A DNA stretch of 64,000 bases from Monocercomonoides exilis PA203. Its lineage: Eukaryota > Protista > Preaxostyla. The notes under the pieces were generated by a model. It worked only from the letters and a program-made list of their open reading frames with translations. It did no database searches and was not told where the DNA came from. Position numbers and translations under genes: made by a program. Every line of letters starts with the position of its first letter. Within the stretch, counting starts at the first letter, position 1. Of the stretch, positions 1-12,655 are shown piece after piece. The stretch covers positions 1,798,001-1,862,000 of the forward strand of contig LSRY02000009.1 in assembly GCA_001643675.2 (NCBI GenBank). The letters are read 5' to 3'.

Positions 1-1329
1 ACGAAGATTGCGTTGAGAGTTTTCAAAAAATTTTGCATATTTTGAAATACTCTTTATGGGGAGAAGATTTATCGTTGATTATTTCTGATTATTTTGTGAA
101 TATTTGATTAAATGAGATACAGTTCGCTTTGCAACTCTTGATTTCGTCAAAGTTTAATTTTGAATCATTTTTTACTATCTGTATTACAAAAGAGAATTTT
201 TTTGAATTTTTTATTTTATTTTTCATCTCCCTTTTCGCATTGAAATAAAACAAAATAATGATTTTTGCAATCGAAATATAAATTTACTTGTTTTTATTGG
301 AAATATTTTTCGAGAAAAAATATGAATGGAGCATAAATGAAAATTGAACAGAAATTTTCACTTTCTCACAAAGAATATGTCAATAACGAATAAATGAGAA
401 CACATTTCGGAAGATTTGGTTTTTTTGATATTTTTTTAGATAATGAGCAAAATTATATTTGTTTTTAAAAGAAAATGAAAAAGAATACGTTTTTTCTCAT
501 TTTGGTTACCGAATTATTTTTTGAAGTGCAACATTTCTCATTTTTTTTTTGTGCATTTTTTATTTTATAAACTCATCAAAGAACTGTTTATAATGATTGA
601 ATTTCACTCAAATAGTTGACCGTATTCAAATAATTGTATTTATGTAGAAAAATGAAACATAACGTTTTATAAAGAAAGGAAAATCACATGACAACAAAAA
701 TATTGAAAACAACTTGTTTATCCTTTGTTTATTCATTTATGAAACATATTTAAAATCACTTTTTTTTTATCTGTATTTTCATTTTTTCCGTTTCAAGTGA
801 ATTTATCGAGTGAATGGGAAAAGTTCAATATTTTTTCAATGCTCTGAAACAATGAATTTTCTTCAAAAAATAAAACCATTTGTGATCCGGGTGTGGATAT
901 TGTGTTTGTGCCTCCATTGTTGTCGCATATCAACGTTATAGTGACTCTTCAAAATTATCTTGTTGACAGAACAGCGAAGCACTTTCCTCTTCACAAGATG
1001 CCTTTATCATCAACGTCCGCTCAAGTAATCAAACCTTCGTCTTTCATAAGGGAATTACCTTATGAGTGGAGAGAGATAACTGCGGATAGTGCAGCTGGAA
1101 GTATCTGGGGCGAAAGAATGTCATGTACTGTTGTCGTTGCTACTTCTGTCTTCACAGAAATTGCAGATGAAGTGGGACTGCATTTTTAGCAGGGAGAATA
1201 GCTCTGAATGGATGTTTTGTCCGGATTTGCATACGACGTGGCACTTTCAGAGAAGCTTTCTGTTTCGCTGGTGGCACCGACAATTTCGCTTGCAGCTTCG
1301 ATGGGAACGTAATTTGAGACGAAGTATCT

Positions 1330-1790
1330 TTTTTGCAGTGGCTGGAAATGTGTTCTTGGAGGCAATCATCTGTTTGTCACTTTGCTGCTTCAGTCGGCGA
1401 TATTGTTGATGGAGTTTTTTTTCTTACAGCAGCTGAGGTGTTTTTTTTAATGAAGATGGATGACGAAGCGATGTGGTAAGGGATTACACAGTCTCATGCG
1501 AGGAAGCAGCGAGGAGAAGGCGATGGAGAACGTGGGGTTGAAAATGGAGGATGTGGCTCTGCCACCAGCAATGATTGCGCCGGCAGTACTTGAGGAGCAG
1601 GAAGAGGCAGGAGAAGAAGAAGAAGAAGAAGAAGAAGAAGAAGAAGAAGAAGAAGAAGAAGAAGAAGAAGAAGAAGAAGAAGAAGAAGAAGAAGAAGAAG
1701 AAGAAGAAGAGGAGGAGGAGGAGGAGGAGGAGGAGGAGGAGGAGGAGGAGGATAAACCGAAGAAGAAGAAGATGATGATAAGATAATGAT
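1330..1790 (+). pseudogene. Decayed fragment of an uncharacterised multicopy gene, paralogous to 52380-52955
   Basis: EEKAMENVGLKMEDVALPPAMIAPAVLEEQEE aligns by eye with AEKGLDAVGLKMENVLLMKATIAQEVLEEREE at ~52560. Upstream DNA is also similar (atctgtttg..gctgct..gtcggcgata). The reading frame is broken by stops and frameshifts. Confidence 0.55.
1612..1751 (+). repeat. Compound microsatellite (GAA)n then (GAG)n
   Basis: About 100 bp of pure GAA followed by about 40 bp of GAG, read directly. It generates the poly-E/K/S/F/L ORFs in the track. Confidence 0.97.
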
Positions 1791-2902
1791 GAAGAAGAAA
1801 GCATAGAAGAGCATTTCCATTCCATATCATCAAAATTGGGCTGTGATGCCAAAGTTCCAAGATTTCTGTCTGCTCGTTTATCAAATCCAATAAAGGCATC
1901 AAATGGAAAGTGATTGAAGTAATCCTCTCAAATTTTGTTATCCTTTCAAAAGCATGGGCTGAAACAGAAGCTGATGATATTTATTTCATCTATTTCAATG
2001 AAATGATAAGGAGTAACTATTCTCAGTTTATAAAAATTTTTCCAAAAGGCAGGCTCATATTCCAAAAGCAGAAATAGTTGTCTCACTCCTGTTAATTCCG
2101 CTTCTATCTTGTTTTATTTCTTTGCATTGCTTTCTATCCTTTTTCGTTGTTTTTATCCTGCTTTCCATTCTGCAATTCACTTTCCTTTCCAGAAATATCC
2201 AAACTGCTCCCTCTGCCTTATGTTCCTGAATTCCATACACTTTTGTGCAGATTTTGTCCTTCACAGAATTCCATCCTCTTTTGTCTTCATTCAACAAAAC
2301 ATCAGCTGAATTTGTTTTCACCTCTTGCTCCAAATAAAAATCATGTATCTTGCGTAACTTCATTTATTTCCCAATGCCTATATAATAATCTGCTCCGTTC
2401 TCATCGTATTGCTCTCCAAAGCGGAGATTGGCCATTTCAACAATAATTCGGATTCCTCACTTTAGAAAGGATACAGACGGAAATATCTTCACAATCAATA
2501 AAACAATAAAAAATACACACATGCAAATTTTTTCGTCCATAAATAAAATTGTTGCATTTCCCCTTGTTCATCCATTTAACAAAAATCATCAGGCAGAATT
2601 TCAAAAATATTGCATCTCCATAATTGTCTGTTATCTCCACAGGAAATAATATTTCAAATTTTGCAGGTTATGTTCACTCACGGATTTCTCATTCTGTGAA
2701 TGGATAATTCCAGTTCTTTCAAATCTGATGATCAATGAATCCATTATAAATAAAGACAAGAGATAAAGTGTTGATTTTCTTGATAATTACTTGTTAAAAA
2801 CAATAACATAAAAAGGACGGAGTATGAGATCCAATTTTTATATTGACAATAAGATTTTATTGTGGATTTTAATTTTTTCTGTAATGTTGTGTTTTGTTTT
2901 TC

Positions 2903-4392
2903 ATGCAAATGTTCAAAATGAGAATTTTTGCTGATTGCACCATGGCTATGGAAATATGTGGGATAGCTGCCACCGAAAAGTTCGCAAGTTTGTTCACATT
3001 GTTGTTGCGTTTGAGCTCATGATGAGTGGATATCTTTCTTTGTTTATTGCTTTTTGAAGAATTGTTTTCTGAACTGGAAAGAAGCGATGAAATTGTGCAG
3101 AAACAAAAAATCGAAGAAATGAATGAATTGCTCGATGTGATGAAGAAAGATGAATTCAGATCCGTTTTCACGATTGAGTTGTTTGACAAAATGGACAAAA
3201 TGATTGAAGAAGAGAAACTTTCAACAAGGAACGCATCCGTCTTGCTGAAACAATTGGGATATTACAAAACGCTTAAAGGAATTAGAGGTGAAGAATTTTA
3301 TTTATCCTCTTTACACTACAGAATTTCCATGATGATTATTAATGGAAATAAGAAGAAAGAAGGAAAGGATATCAATCTTCTTGTTGATCTTTGCGAATGC
3401 TATCTATTGCTTTCCTACAATCTTGACTCGGAAGAAGTATCAATATGTGTGCCTTGCCTTTTGAAGGTTGCGTTGAACAAGAAGAAAATCATAGAAATTC
3501 AAAAAATAGTGGAAATGTCCTTGCTGTCTTTGAGCCTAATTTATCAATTGGATGTGTGATTGATTTATTAATCAGATTTCGGTTCATTTAGTGATGTTTT
3601 TATTATTTTATTATTTTTGATAAGGAAGTGGAACATAAAAAATTTTTGTGTGAAATCAAAACAATTGTTAAATATCATCAGAGACATCACAATCTGACTC
3701 AACTTGCATATCAGTCTGTTTGGGGCTGCATTTTGAACAGATTTGAAAACGACAAAAGCTTGGAAAGCTTAATTGTTAATGAACTGCATTTTGCAAGAGA
3801 GGCGACAAGAGAACTGGAAGAGCTGTCAAAATGTGTGGATTGGGAGAGAAAAGAAGAAGAGGAAAGACGAGGAAAAGAAAAGATAGAAGAATATACCTTC
3901 GCAGAGTGGTGTCGATGCATATGTCTTTATTTTCGCAATTGCCAATTGAGGACTGAAGAATCTATCAAACTTATCAGCAGCATCACTCAGATCTTTCGAG
4001 CCGCAACAGCTAATCGCAAATATGTGGGATTGGATTGCATTTATATACTAAGTGTGGCAGCAGAGAATGAAGCCATGAAAACTGAAGACCTGTTGAAAGG
4101 GGGAACTGTTGATGCTGTTTTGGAAGAGTTTCAGAGGCACACATTTTTTGACAAAATTGCGATTAAATGTTTGAAGTTTTTAATGGATATTTCAAGTAAA
4201 TTGAAAAAAGAGGAGAAAGATGAAAAGGAAGAAAAGAAAAGAAAATTATCAATAATGAAGCTATTCGAAAAGATGGAAGAAGAAGGACTGGAAGACTTTT
4301 TCATTAGCTCTCATGGGATATTTGTTAATCAAAATAAAGGATATTATTATGAACCATTATTGAACACTTTTGATTATTTAGCGAATATTTGA
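2903..4392 (+). CDS. Uncharacterised ~430-aa alpha-helical (ARM/HEAT-like?) family protein, copy 1. Exons 2903(or 2942)-2987, 3060-3553, 3625-4392
   Basis: GT-AG introns 2988-3059 (phase 1) and 3554-3624 (phase 0) join ORFs 3026-3559 and 3628-4392 in frame. Family motifs present: KLFSELE, DLCECY, CVPCLLKVA, YQSxW, NELHFAREA, MEEEGxED. The start codon is uncertain. Confidence 0.85.
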
Positions 4393-4424
4393 GGAAATGG
4401 TGCTCTTTTCATTTTGTTTCACTG

Positions 4425-4955
4425 AATTTTTCTTTTTCTATTTTCTTTTTTCTTTTTTCTTTTTTCTTTTTCTATTTTCTTTTTTCTTTTTTCTTTTTTC
4501 TTTTTTCTTTTTTCTTTTTTCTTTTTTTTTTTCTTTTTCTTTTTCTTTTTTTTTTTCTTTTTTTTTTCTTTTTCTTTTTCTTTTTTTTTTTCTTTTTTTT
4601 TTTCTTTTTTCTTTTTTCTTTTTTTTTTTTTTTTTTCTTTTTCTTTTTCTTTTTTCTTTTTCTTTTTCTTTTTTTTTCTTTTTCTTTTCTTTTTCTTTTT
4701 CTTTTTCTTTTTTCTTTTTCTTTTTTCTTTTTCTTTTTCTTTTTCTTTTTCTTTTTTCTTTTTCTTTTTTTTTTTTTTTTTCTTTTTCTTTTTCTTTTTT
4801 TTTTTCTTTTTTCTTTTTTCTTTTTTTTTTTCTTTTTTCTTTTTTCTTTTTTCTTTTTTCTTTTTCTTTTTTCTTTTTTCTTTTTTCTTTTTTCTTTTTC
4901 TATTTTCTTTTTTCTTTTTTCTTTTTTCTTTTTTCTTTTTTCTTTTTTCTTTTTC
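4425..4955. repeat. ~530-bp almost pure pyrimidine tract (CTTTTT-like degenerate repeat)
   Basis: The tract is nearly all T and C and starts ~30 bp after the copy-1 stop codon. Confidence 0.97.
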
Positions 4956-6161
4956 GTTATGAAATTGAAGGTTGTCCTTTTTCCAAAGCTCGAATATGTT
5001 TTTTTGTCATGAATTGGAGAAGAAAGTTCAAATGAAGTGTGATTGAAAAATGATCAATCTACGCTGACTGATGAAAATACACTGTTTTCAATCGTTTGAA
5101 TTGTCGAAAAAATTAAAAATTGGATTTGTTTGGAAAAACCAATTGTTATAAAAAATATTAACAATTCTCTTTTTGTAATATTTTGTATTCATCTCTTTTA
5201 CTATTGTTACTATTAAAACGAAATATTTTTTCTTTTTTTCATTTCAAAATACACACCACAAATTGCTCAGAATGTGAATTTTTGCAGACAAAATGGAGAA
5301 TATTCTTTGTTAATAAAAAAAAAAAAAATTGTTATTAATACAATTAATGATTTGCGTGAAAAAAAAAAATGGAAAACTAAAAGTTAATAATGGCAAAAGT
5401 GTGAATCAAGTGGAGTCGAATATTTTTTGCTCTTTTCCTATAGCAACAAAATTCGATGAAAATTTGAAGCATTACCATTTGATTCTTTTTATTTGACAAA
5501 TTTTTCTATTTTTCTTTTCTTATCACAGCAAAGAAAGATTCATTGGCCTCAGCCACAGCTCGAATTTTGTATCTGCAGAAGCAGAGGGCGTTTCTGGAGC
5601 TGTTGTGTTGTGTGAGTGATGAATGAATGTTCATTGGGAGATGGCGTTTGTACTGGGAAGAGTTGGATGCTATTGCAGAAGAAAAGCGAAAGACAGGAGA
5701 CATCCTCTCTCAAGGACAATAACGAAGAAGAGGAAGAAGAAAAAGAAAAAGAGGAAGAAAAAAGGTGAAATTTTTGTATTTTCTCTTTTGTCAGAAGAAA
5801 AGATACCGAAAGAGTCGAACAAAAATGCATCAAAAATCCGATAATCAACACATTTGGTGAAAAAACAGAGGAAGAAGAATTGCGTATTTTTTTATTCATC
5901 AACCCAAAATACTCGAAGAATAATGTTGTCACCAACTTTTGTTCAGCTTTCCCATTGACTTTTCTGCCATTTGCCTCTTTCCACTTTCAGTTGAACAAAC
6001 TTCTTTGAGATGTATTTATCACATGCATCTTCATTATGTGCCTGTTTTTTGTCATCTTTTTTTCTATCATAGCCTTCTTCTTCAGATGTTATTCTTTTCT
6101 TCTGTATATATACTCCTTCTGATTCTGTTGAGAGAAATCCTCATATTCCCATTTCATCACC

Positions 6162-6305
6162 TTCTTCTTCTTCTTCTTCTTCTTCTTCTTCTTCTTCTTC
6201 TTCTTCTTCTTCTTCTTCTTCTTCTTCTTCTTCCTTCTCTTCTCCTTCTTCTTCTTCCTTCTCTTCTCCTTCTTCTTCTCCTTCATCTCCTTCCTCTTCT
6301 TCTCA
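6162..6305. repeat. (TTC)n microsatellite with degenerate tail
   Basis: Read directly from the sequence. Confidence 0.95.
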
Positions 6306-8175
6306 TCCCTTTGCAATTCACCCAATTTCTCCACCTCCTTCTGCTTAATGGTGCATATCTGTTTGTTTGTCTCAATTTCAAACACTTCGATGGATTCTTC
6401 TATCAATTGTGATTTTATTTCATCGCCATATCTGAACGAAGAAGTGAAATGTCACAAAAAAAAGGAATTAATAGTAAAAAATGAGAGATGAAAATAAAAA
6501 TAAATAAATAAATAAAAATAAAAACCTGCTTATCTTCTCCCTTTGAGCAGAAGTTCATATTAACCAAAGAGATGAACAAGTACAACGAAGACATGCAAAT
6601 CATTGTGGAATAAAAGATCATTTTGTGAAAACAGCTTCTTTCTATTTGCCATCAAAAAAGTTATCTTTTGCTCATCATCCTCTAAAATTCGAGGAAATTG
6701 AAGAATTTATATCTTCTTGAATTTATGTGTGTGTGTCGTGTATTTTGTGTTGAAGAAAGAAGAAGAAGAAGACGAAGACGAAGATGTTGATGGTGAAGAT
6801 GAAGGTAATGAGATGAAGACAATGATTTCGCTACAGATGACGGAGGAGATAGAGATGAGCCTTTTCGATGCGCAGAGCTCTTCTTGTTTAAAAACAGCAC
6901 CTGCTTCTGTTTCATCTGAGCAGCTGAGCTGTCAGCGTCCCATCTCCTATCAAATTATGAGTAAATGAGAAACTTTTACACTCACAAAAGAGAAAGACTT
7001 TTACAAGACTCGTTGCAGAAATCAAAAACGAGCATAAATTCCTTATTAAATCTGCATTTGTAGAGTGAGAAGAAGCTCTGGTGAGAAATTAGAACGATTT
7101 TCATTTTATTCTCATTTTCCGTTGTGTTCTGTCAAAAGCCTTGAAGATGAATGAAGAGCATTCTGATGTGCTCATTGATGAACATAACAATTCAAAATAA
7201 TTTTCAAAACACAATTCATAATGGTTCTCATTCTCTTCATTCTGAAATGACCGTTATTGAATTCTAGAAAAATCGCTTTCCTTCAAATCCATTTTCTCCA
7301 TTTCATATGCTGTGAAATAGCTTAACTGGTGCGTTTCTTGAGTGCATTTTGTGGCAAAGTTGTCTTCCTCCTTCTCCAAATCTCAGTTCAACCGAAATGA
7401 AAATGTCCCTGAATGAACAAATCTGTTTTTAATATCCAAACAAAAGAATATATTTCTTTTGATGTTTCACTCTCAATGAACTGAAGAACCTCAATCTTTT
7501 CTGTTGGAGCAGATCTTCATTGTTTTTCTTCATGGCACAAGATTATTTAGCAATTGAAGCATTGGACCTTGATTTTCTTCCTCTCTTCAAGCATGTTCTC
7601 CATGTTCAAAATCATGTTCTTTTCTTTTCTTTTGTTCAGACAATTTGTGATGATTTTCGGAATTTCATTTCTTTTCATCTTTCGCAACCCAATGATCCAT
7701 TGACAAATGTACTCAAAAATGCAACAATTCACAAAATATATCAAATGTTCAGGCATCCCTTGCTTTTGTTTTCAGTCTCGTTCTTCTTCACAAAAAATTG
7801 AGAAAAATCTTCCATTCGCTCATTTTGTTTTTCTATTTCCCATTTTCTCTGTGCTCAAGGATTTGAAATTTTTCCATTTCAAAAATAGAACTGTTATTAT
7901 CAAAATGAAAAAGAATAATTAAAAAATTTTTTTCAACAAGTAATCTGTTGGGTTTGATCAAAAAGAAACAAAAGATTTTCATTTTTGGCTTAGACAGCCA
8001 ATCCTTGCGGCTTCTTTGCAATTTCTTTTGCACTTCTTTTTATTAAGCAAAAACAGAACAAATTGAATAGCAATCGTTTCAGTACTGCAAAATAATCAAT
8101 ATTGTTTGTTTTTATCTTTTTTTTGTGATTCACCAGGCTTTGCCCCTCTTTTTGATATTTTTTGCAACAAACAGA

Positions 8176-9627
8176 ATGAGTTTGTCAGGCGATGATAATT
8201 CTGAAGAAAGAGTACAGTTGTTGACCATTACAGAGAAGTTTTCAAGTTGACTGTTTTATTTGTATTTAACAATTTTGAACAAAATTTTGGATCTTGAATT
8301 CCATTTGCAGAATTGTTTTGTGAACTGGAGCATTGCGGAGGAGATGAACAAATGCAGAAAATTGAGGAGATGAAAAGAATAATCAATGAAATGAATAGAG
8401 ATGAATTCAAATCAGTTTTCACAAAAGAACTGTTCGATGCAATCGGCAAAATGATTGAAGAAAAGAAACTATCACTTGAAGGATTCATTTTGTTTTTGAA
8501 GCATGTCGGGTATTGCATTGCGATGAAAAATATATGGATTTATAGCTCTAAAACATCTTCAATGGATGATAGATTTGAGAAGATGATTGCCATTGAAAAT
8601 AAGAAGAAAAGCGAAGAAAAGGATGAAAATTTACTAACTGATCTTTGCGAATGCTGTGTTTTTCTGAACGGATGGATTTCGTTGGAATCGATTTCAATCT
8701 GTGTGCCTTATCTTCTCAAAGAAGCTTCAAAGAAAGAGGAAAACGAGGAAACTCAAAAAGACGTGGAAATTGCTTTGCTTGCTTTGAGCAATATTGGATT
8801 TCAAGTGTGAGCACTTCTTTTTCATTTTTATTATGTTTGCTTTTTTCCCTTATTTTTGATAGAATCTGGAACAAAAAGTGTATTTGAAGGAAATAACAGA
8901 AATCATCGAACATCAACAGAAACACAGAAATCTTTCAAAACTTGCCTTTCAGTCTGCTTGGCAATTTTTAGTATACAGATTTTACACCAATGGATTCTTG
9001 GAAGATACAGTTGTGAATGAGCTGCATTTCGGAAGAGAGGCAGCAAGAGAACAAGAAGAGCTCATAAGAAATGTGAATTGGAAGAAGAAAGAAGAGAAAA
9101 TGAACAAAGAAGAAGCGAATAAAGTGTTGGTAATCAGAAGATGGATTGGGGCAATCTCGATTTATTTACTCAGATGCAAGTTGTGGAATGAAGAAAATGC
9201 GGGGCTAATCGATTGCATTGCTCAGGAATATCGAGCAGCGAAGGATAATTACAGAGGAATTTGCAATCAGTGCATTTATTCCTTGAGATATTCAGCAGAA
9301 AATAGAGCTGTGAAAGTTGATGACTTATTGAAAGGAGGAGCAATCAATACTGTTTTGGAGGAGATGCAGCAACGAACATTGAAAGATAAAATGGCAAGAG
9401 AAAACTTGCATTTCTTTTTGAGTATTTCAGAAAGATTGAAAGAAGAGAAAAAAGACGAAAAAGAAGATGCGAAAAGAAAGAAAACCAAAAGGAAAGTGTT
9501 TGAATGGATGGAAGAAGAAGGATACGAAGATTGTATCATAAGCTTTTGTGAATCCATTCCATTTTTAAGCAGAAAGTACCATCACAGTTTATCATTCAAT
9601 GTTTCTGATTATTTTGTGAATATTTGA
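8176..9627 (+). CDS. Same helical family, copy 2 (442 aa). Exons 8176-8245, 8311-8804, 8863-9627
   Basis: Introns 8246-8310 (GTTGAC..CAG) and 8805-8862 (GTGTGA..TAG) restore a single frame. Same motifs and intron phases as copy 1. Confidence 0.88.
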
Positions 9628-11065
9628 CGAAATGAAACTTCTATGAATATATCGCTCAATTGAAATTTTTCAAAATATCTTATTCATTTATCGAAGTCAT
9701 TGACAAATTTAAAATTAAATCATGAAAGCGCATTTTTAATAAAGAATTGCACTCATTGGTCTGATTAATTCCAATTTTTTTCAAAAAATACATTTGAATT
9801 TTTTTTATGAAATGGAATATCATTTTTTGCAATCTGATTGAAACAGACATGATTTGGAAAAATGTGAGAAAATAATATTTAAATCCAAAAAGCGAAGTTT
9901 GTGTGAACGATTCTTTATTCATCTTTTTCTTCATCTATCTCTTTAAGAAATTTTTTATTCGAATTTCAGCTCAAAATTCTTCGAAAGCGAAGGTTTAAGT
10001 AGTTCTTCAATTTCTTCTTTGTTTTGTTTTGTTTTGCATCCAAATGTTGAGAAAGTCGAAAGAAAAGAAGAGAAAGAGGAAGAGAAGCAAAAAAAAAGGA
10101 GAGAAAAGAAAAAAAGGAAAAGGAAAGTTAAAAAGAATTCAAATAGAGGAAGTTTAACCGAAAAGACGTATGGCAAAGAAAATGAAGAAGATCATAGGTG
10201 ATTGAGAGACATCTGGACAGGGATATAACTGAGGCAGAGATTCCGAGGCTGGAAATGAAACATTTTCCTAATTTTCACAACACTCATTGCCAAAATCCAT
10301 TGAAAAGCCAATTTGCCTCAGAGGCAGTTAGAATTGCTGCATTCTTTGAAAACATTTCAGCAAATCCTCACATCGCAATCATCAGCGTTGACAGATCATT
10401 CCCGTTGATTCCTTCCATTTGTTATTTTTGACTTTCTCAACTTCAAATCACACAAATGCTCATTTCATTTTCAATCACATTGACAAATTGGAAAAAAAAA
10501 TATCAACATAATAATAATTGAGATTATCTTTGATTATAAACAGAATCAAATAAAAATTATTTAAATTATTTTGTAAAAAATTAAGACAAAACAAAACCAA
10601 ACTTCACAAAATAAAATAAAATAAAATAAAATAAAAATAGTGAAAAAAATAATTTTGTAAAAATCAAAACATTGTTATGAACAGCTTCAATTGTTCTGCT
10701 GAAATGAAAAAACAATTGAAAGCAAATCGAAAGGAGATCAAAATGAAATTTGTTTGAATAATGTCAAAGTGTGTGTCAATAAAGAAAAAAGAAACTTCAA
10801 AATAAGAAAAGATATGTATTCCGAAATGTGGTTGAACAGCCTTTATTAGCATGCTCTCAAATCTATTCATTCAAGGCTTCACAAATAATATCTTCAAGGC
10901 AAATGATTCAATCACTCTTGCGGAATTATCAGTCATCTTCCATTTCTGGTGTATCTATTTCAAATCTCGCCTTCTTGCATTCATCTTCAGATACAATGTA
11001 TTTTCTCATTCCTGATGAAAAAAAATACTCTTATTTATTTCAATAAATCCTCATTATTCACTTTT

Positions 11066-12250
11066 CTATTCCAATCTCATTGTCAAGTGTATTTTCTTTC
11101 CTGTTCTGTTCTGATGCTTCTTTAACATTTCTTTGATCAAATTCATTGTCTCTATCAATTCTTCATCATCATCGGCTTCATTATCAATTTTATCAGATGC
11201 AATTGATTCGTCACACTTCATCCACTCTGGTACTTCACTTCCAACATATATTTTCCAATAATCTGCTATCGTTTGCCCATTCTTATCTTTAAATTCATTA
11301 TTGCGCCTCATCCACTCTGGAGGGTCTGTTTTAATGTGCTTTATCCACAGCATATCCATCGTCCATCCGTCATTGTTCGCAAGTGCAGGATCGTGTCTCA
11401 TCCATTCAGGAGGAGTATTTTCTTTCGAATTAATCCAGCGCATGGCCATTGTCATTCCATTCTTATCTTTTAGTGCAATATCGTGCCTCATCCATTCTGG
11501 TGGAGTTTCCTTGACAAATTGAATCCACATCATGGCCATTGTTCGTCCATCTTTTTGTTTAACCGTGATATTATGCCTCATCCACTCCGGTGGTTCCATT
11601 TTTATCTCCTTTATCCAATACATCGCCATCGTCTCTCCGTTCTTATCAGCAAGCGCTGGGTCATGCCTCATCCACTCAGGTGGCTCTATCTTTTTCTCCG
11701 AAATCCATTTCATCGCAAGTGTTATCTCATCCTTGTTGCCTTCCGCGTTATCCATTAACATCCACAATGGAGGTTTTGTTCGAACATTCTCCATCCACAG
11801 CATCGCCGTCGTTTTCCCTTCCTTATTACCAAGTTCATTGCTATGCCTCATCCACTTTGGAGGTTCAGATTTTATGATAATTATCCAATACATAGCCATT
11901 GTTTCTCCGTTGTTATTTCCAAGTGTAATATCATGTCTCATCCATTTTGGTGGTTCTGTTTTGACTTCTTGAATCAACATCATTGCCATCGTTGATCCAT
12001 TATTATTTCCGAGAGTTATATCATGTCTCATCCATTGTGGAGGTTCCGTATGGGTAAATCCAATCCACAGCATTGCCATTGTCCAACCATTTTTATCATG
12101 AAGCGTTGTTTCATGTCTCATTTCCAACGGAGGTTCTGTCATTTTCTCAACAATTTTTTGCATTGCTTCTGTTCTTCCATCCTTGTCCCTTTTCAATTGA
12201 TAACTTTTCAATTTTTCCATTTCAGTTGTATATCTTATTCTTCCGCTCAT
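11066..12250 (-). CDS. Intronless 394-aa tandem-repeat protein: ~11 x 30-aa repeats (consensus DKNGxTMAMxWIxxxKxEPPEWMRHDxxL), ankyrin-like
   Basis: Long ORF with clear 90-bp/30-aa periodicity. DKNGxT resembles the ankyrin hairpin and start of helix 1. The C-terminal tail is acidic then basic. Confidence 0.85.
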   Translation of the reverse strand: MSGRIRYTTEMEKLKSYQLKRDKDGRTEAMQKIVEKMTEPPLEMRHETTLHDKNGWTMAMLWIGFTHTEPPQWMRHDITLGNNNGSTMAMMLIQEVKTEPPKWMRHDITLGNNNGETMAMYWIIIIKSEPPKWMRHSNELGNKEGKTTAMLWMENVRTKPPLWMLMDNAEGNKDEITLAMKWISEKKIEPPEWMRHDPALADKNGETMAMYWIKEIKMEPPEWMRHNITVKQKDGRTMAMMWIQFVKETPPEWMRHDIALKDKNGMTMAMRWINSKENTPPEWMRHDPALANNDGWTMDMLWIKHIKTDPPEWMRRNNEFKDKNGQTIADYWKIYVGSEVPEWMKCDESIASDKIDNEADDDEELIETMNLIKEMLKKHQNRTGKKIHLTMRLE

Positions 12251-12499
12251 TGTTTCTCGTTCGCTGTTCGTCCTGCAATATAAGCCGTGAAAATGTCAAT
12301 CGTTGAAAACTTTAATTTGAAATATATATTATGTATAAGATCATAAACGAATATAATTTTCAAATACTGTTTATCATCTTTAAATAAATAAGAAAATGAG
12401 CATAAAGTGATTGCATGATTTTTGGAAGTGTTTCATTTTATTATTCCAACATTTATTTCGAAAATGAAAAAAAAATTTTTTTTCAAAAAAAAACTTATT

Positions 12500-12655
12500 A
12501 TTTTATTATTAACAGTTCATTAGATGAATTTTGAATAGATTTTTTTTATTCATATAAACTAGGTTTATTCAAATGAACTCATGTTTATTCGAATAGATCA
12601 AGTTAATTTGAATAAACCGAGTTCATTTGAGATAGACTGAGTTCATTTGAGTTAC
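12500..12655. repeat. Left member of a degenerate inverted-repeat pair (partner 17420-17520), with ~20-bp subrepeats (agttcatttga)
   Basis: tagatgaattttgaatagattttttttattcatataaact matches the reverse complement of ~17440-17500 over ~65 bp. Confidence 0.6.

Noticed and set aside
1447-1902. Overlapping poly-S/L/F/K/P ORFs
   Set aside because: They are translations of the GAA/GAG microsatellite in alternative frames.
4389-5035. Two ~210-aa Phe-rich ORFs
   Set aside because: Artefacts of a stop-free T/C tract, with no protein-like complexity.
11273-12306. Plus-strand repetitive ORFs (CLIHSGG...)
   Set aside because: Antisense shadows of the 30-aa repeat gene.
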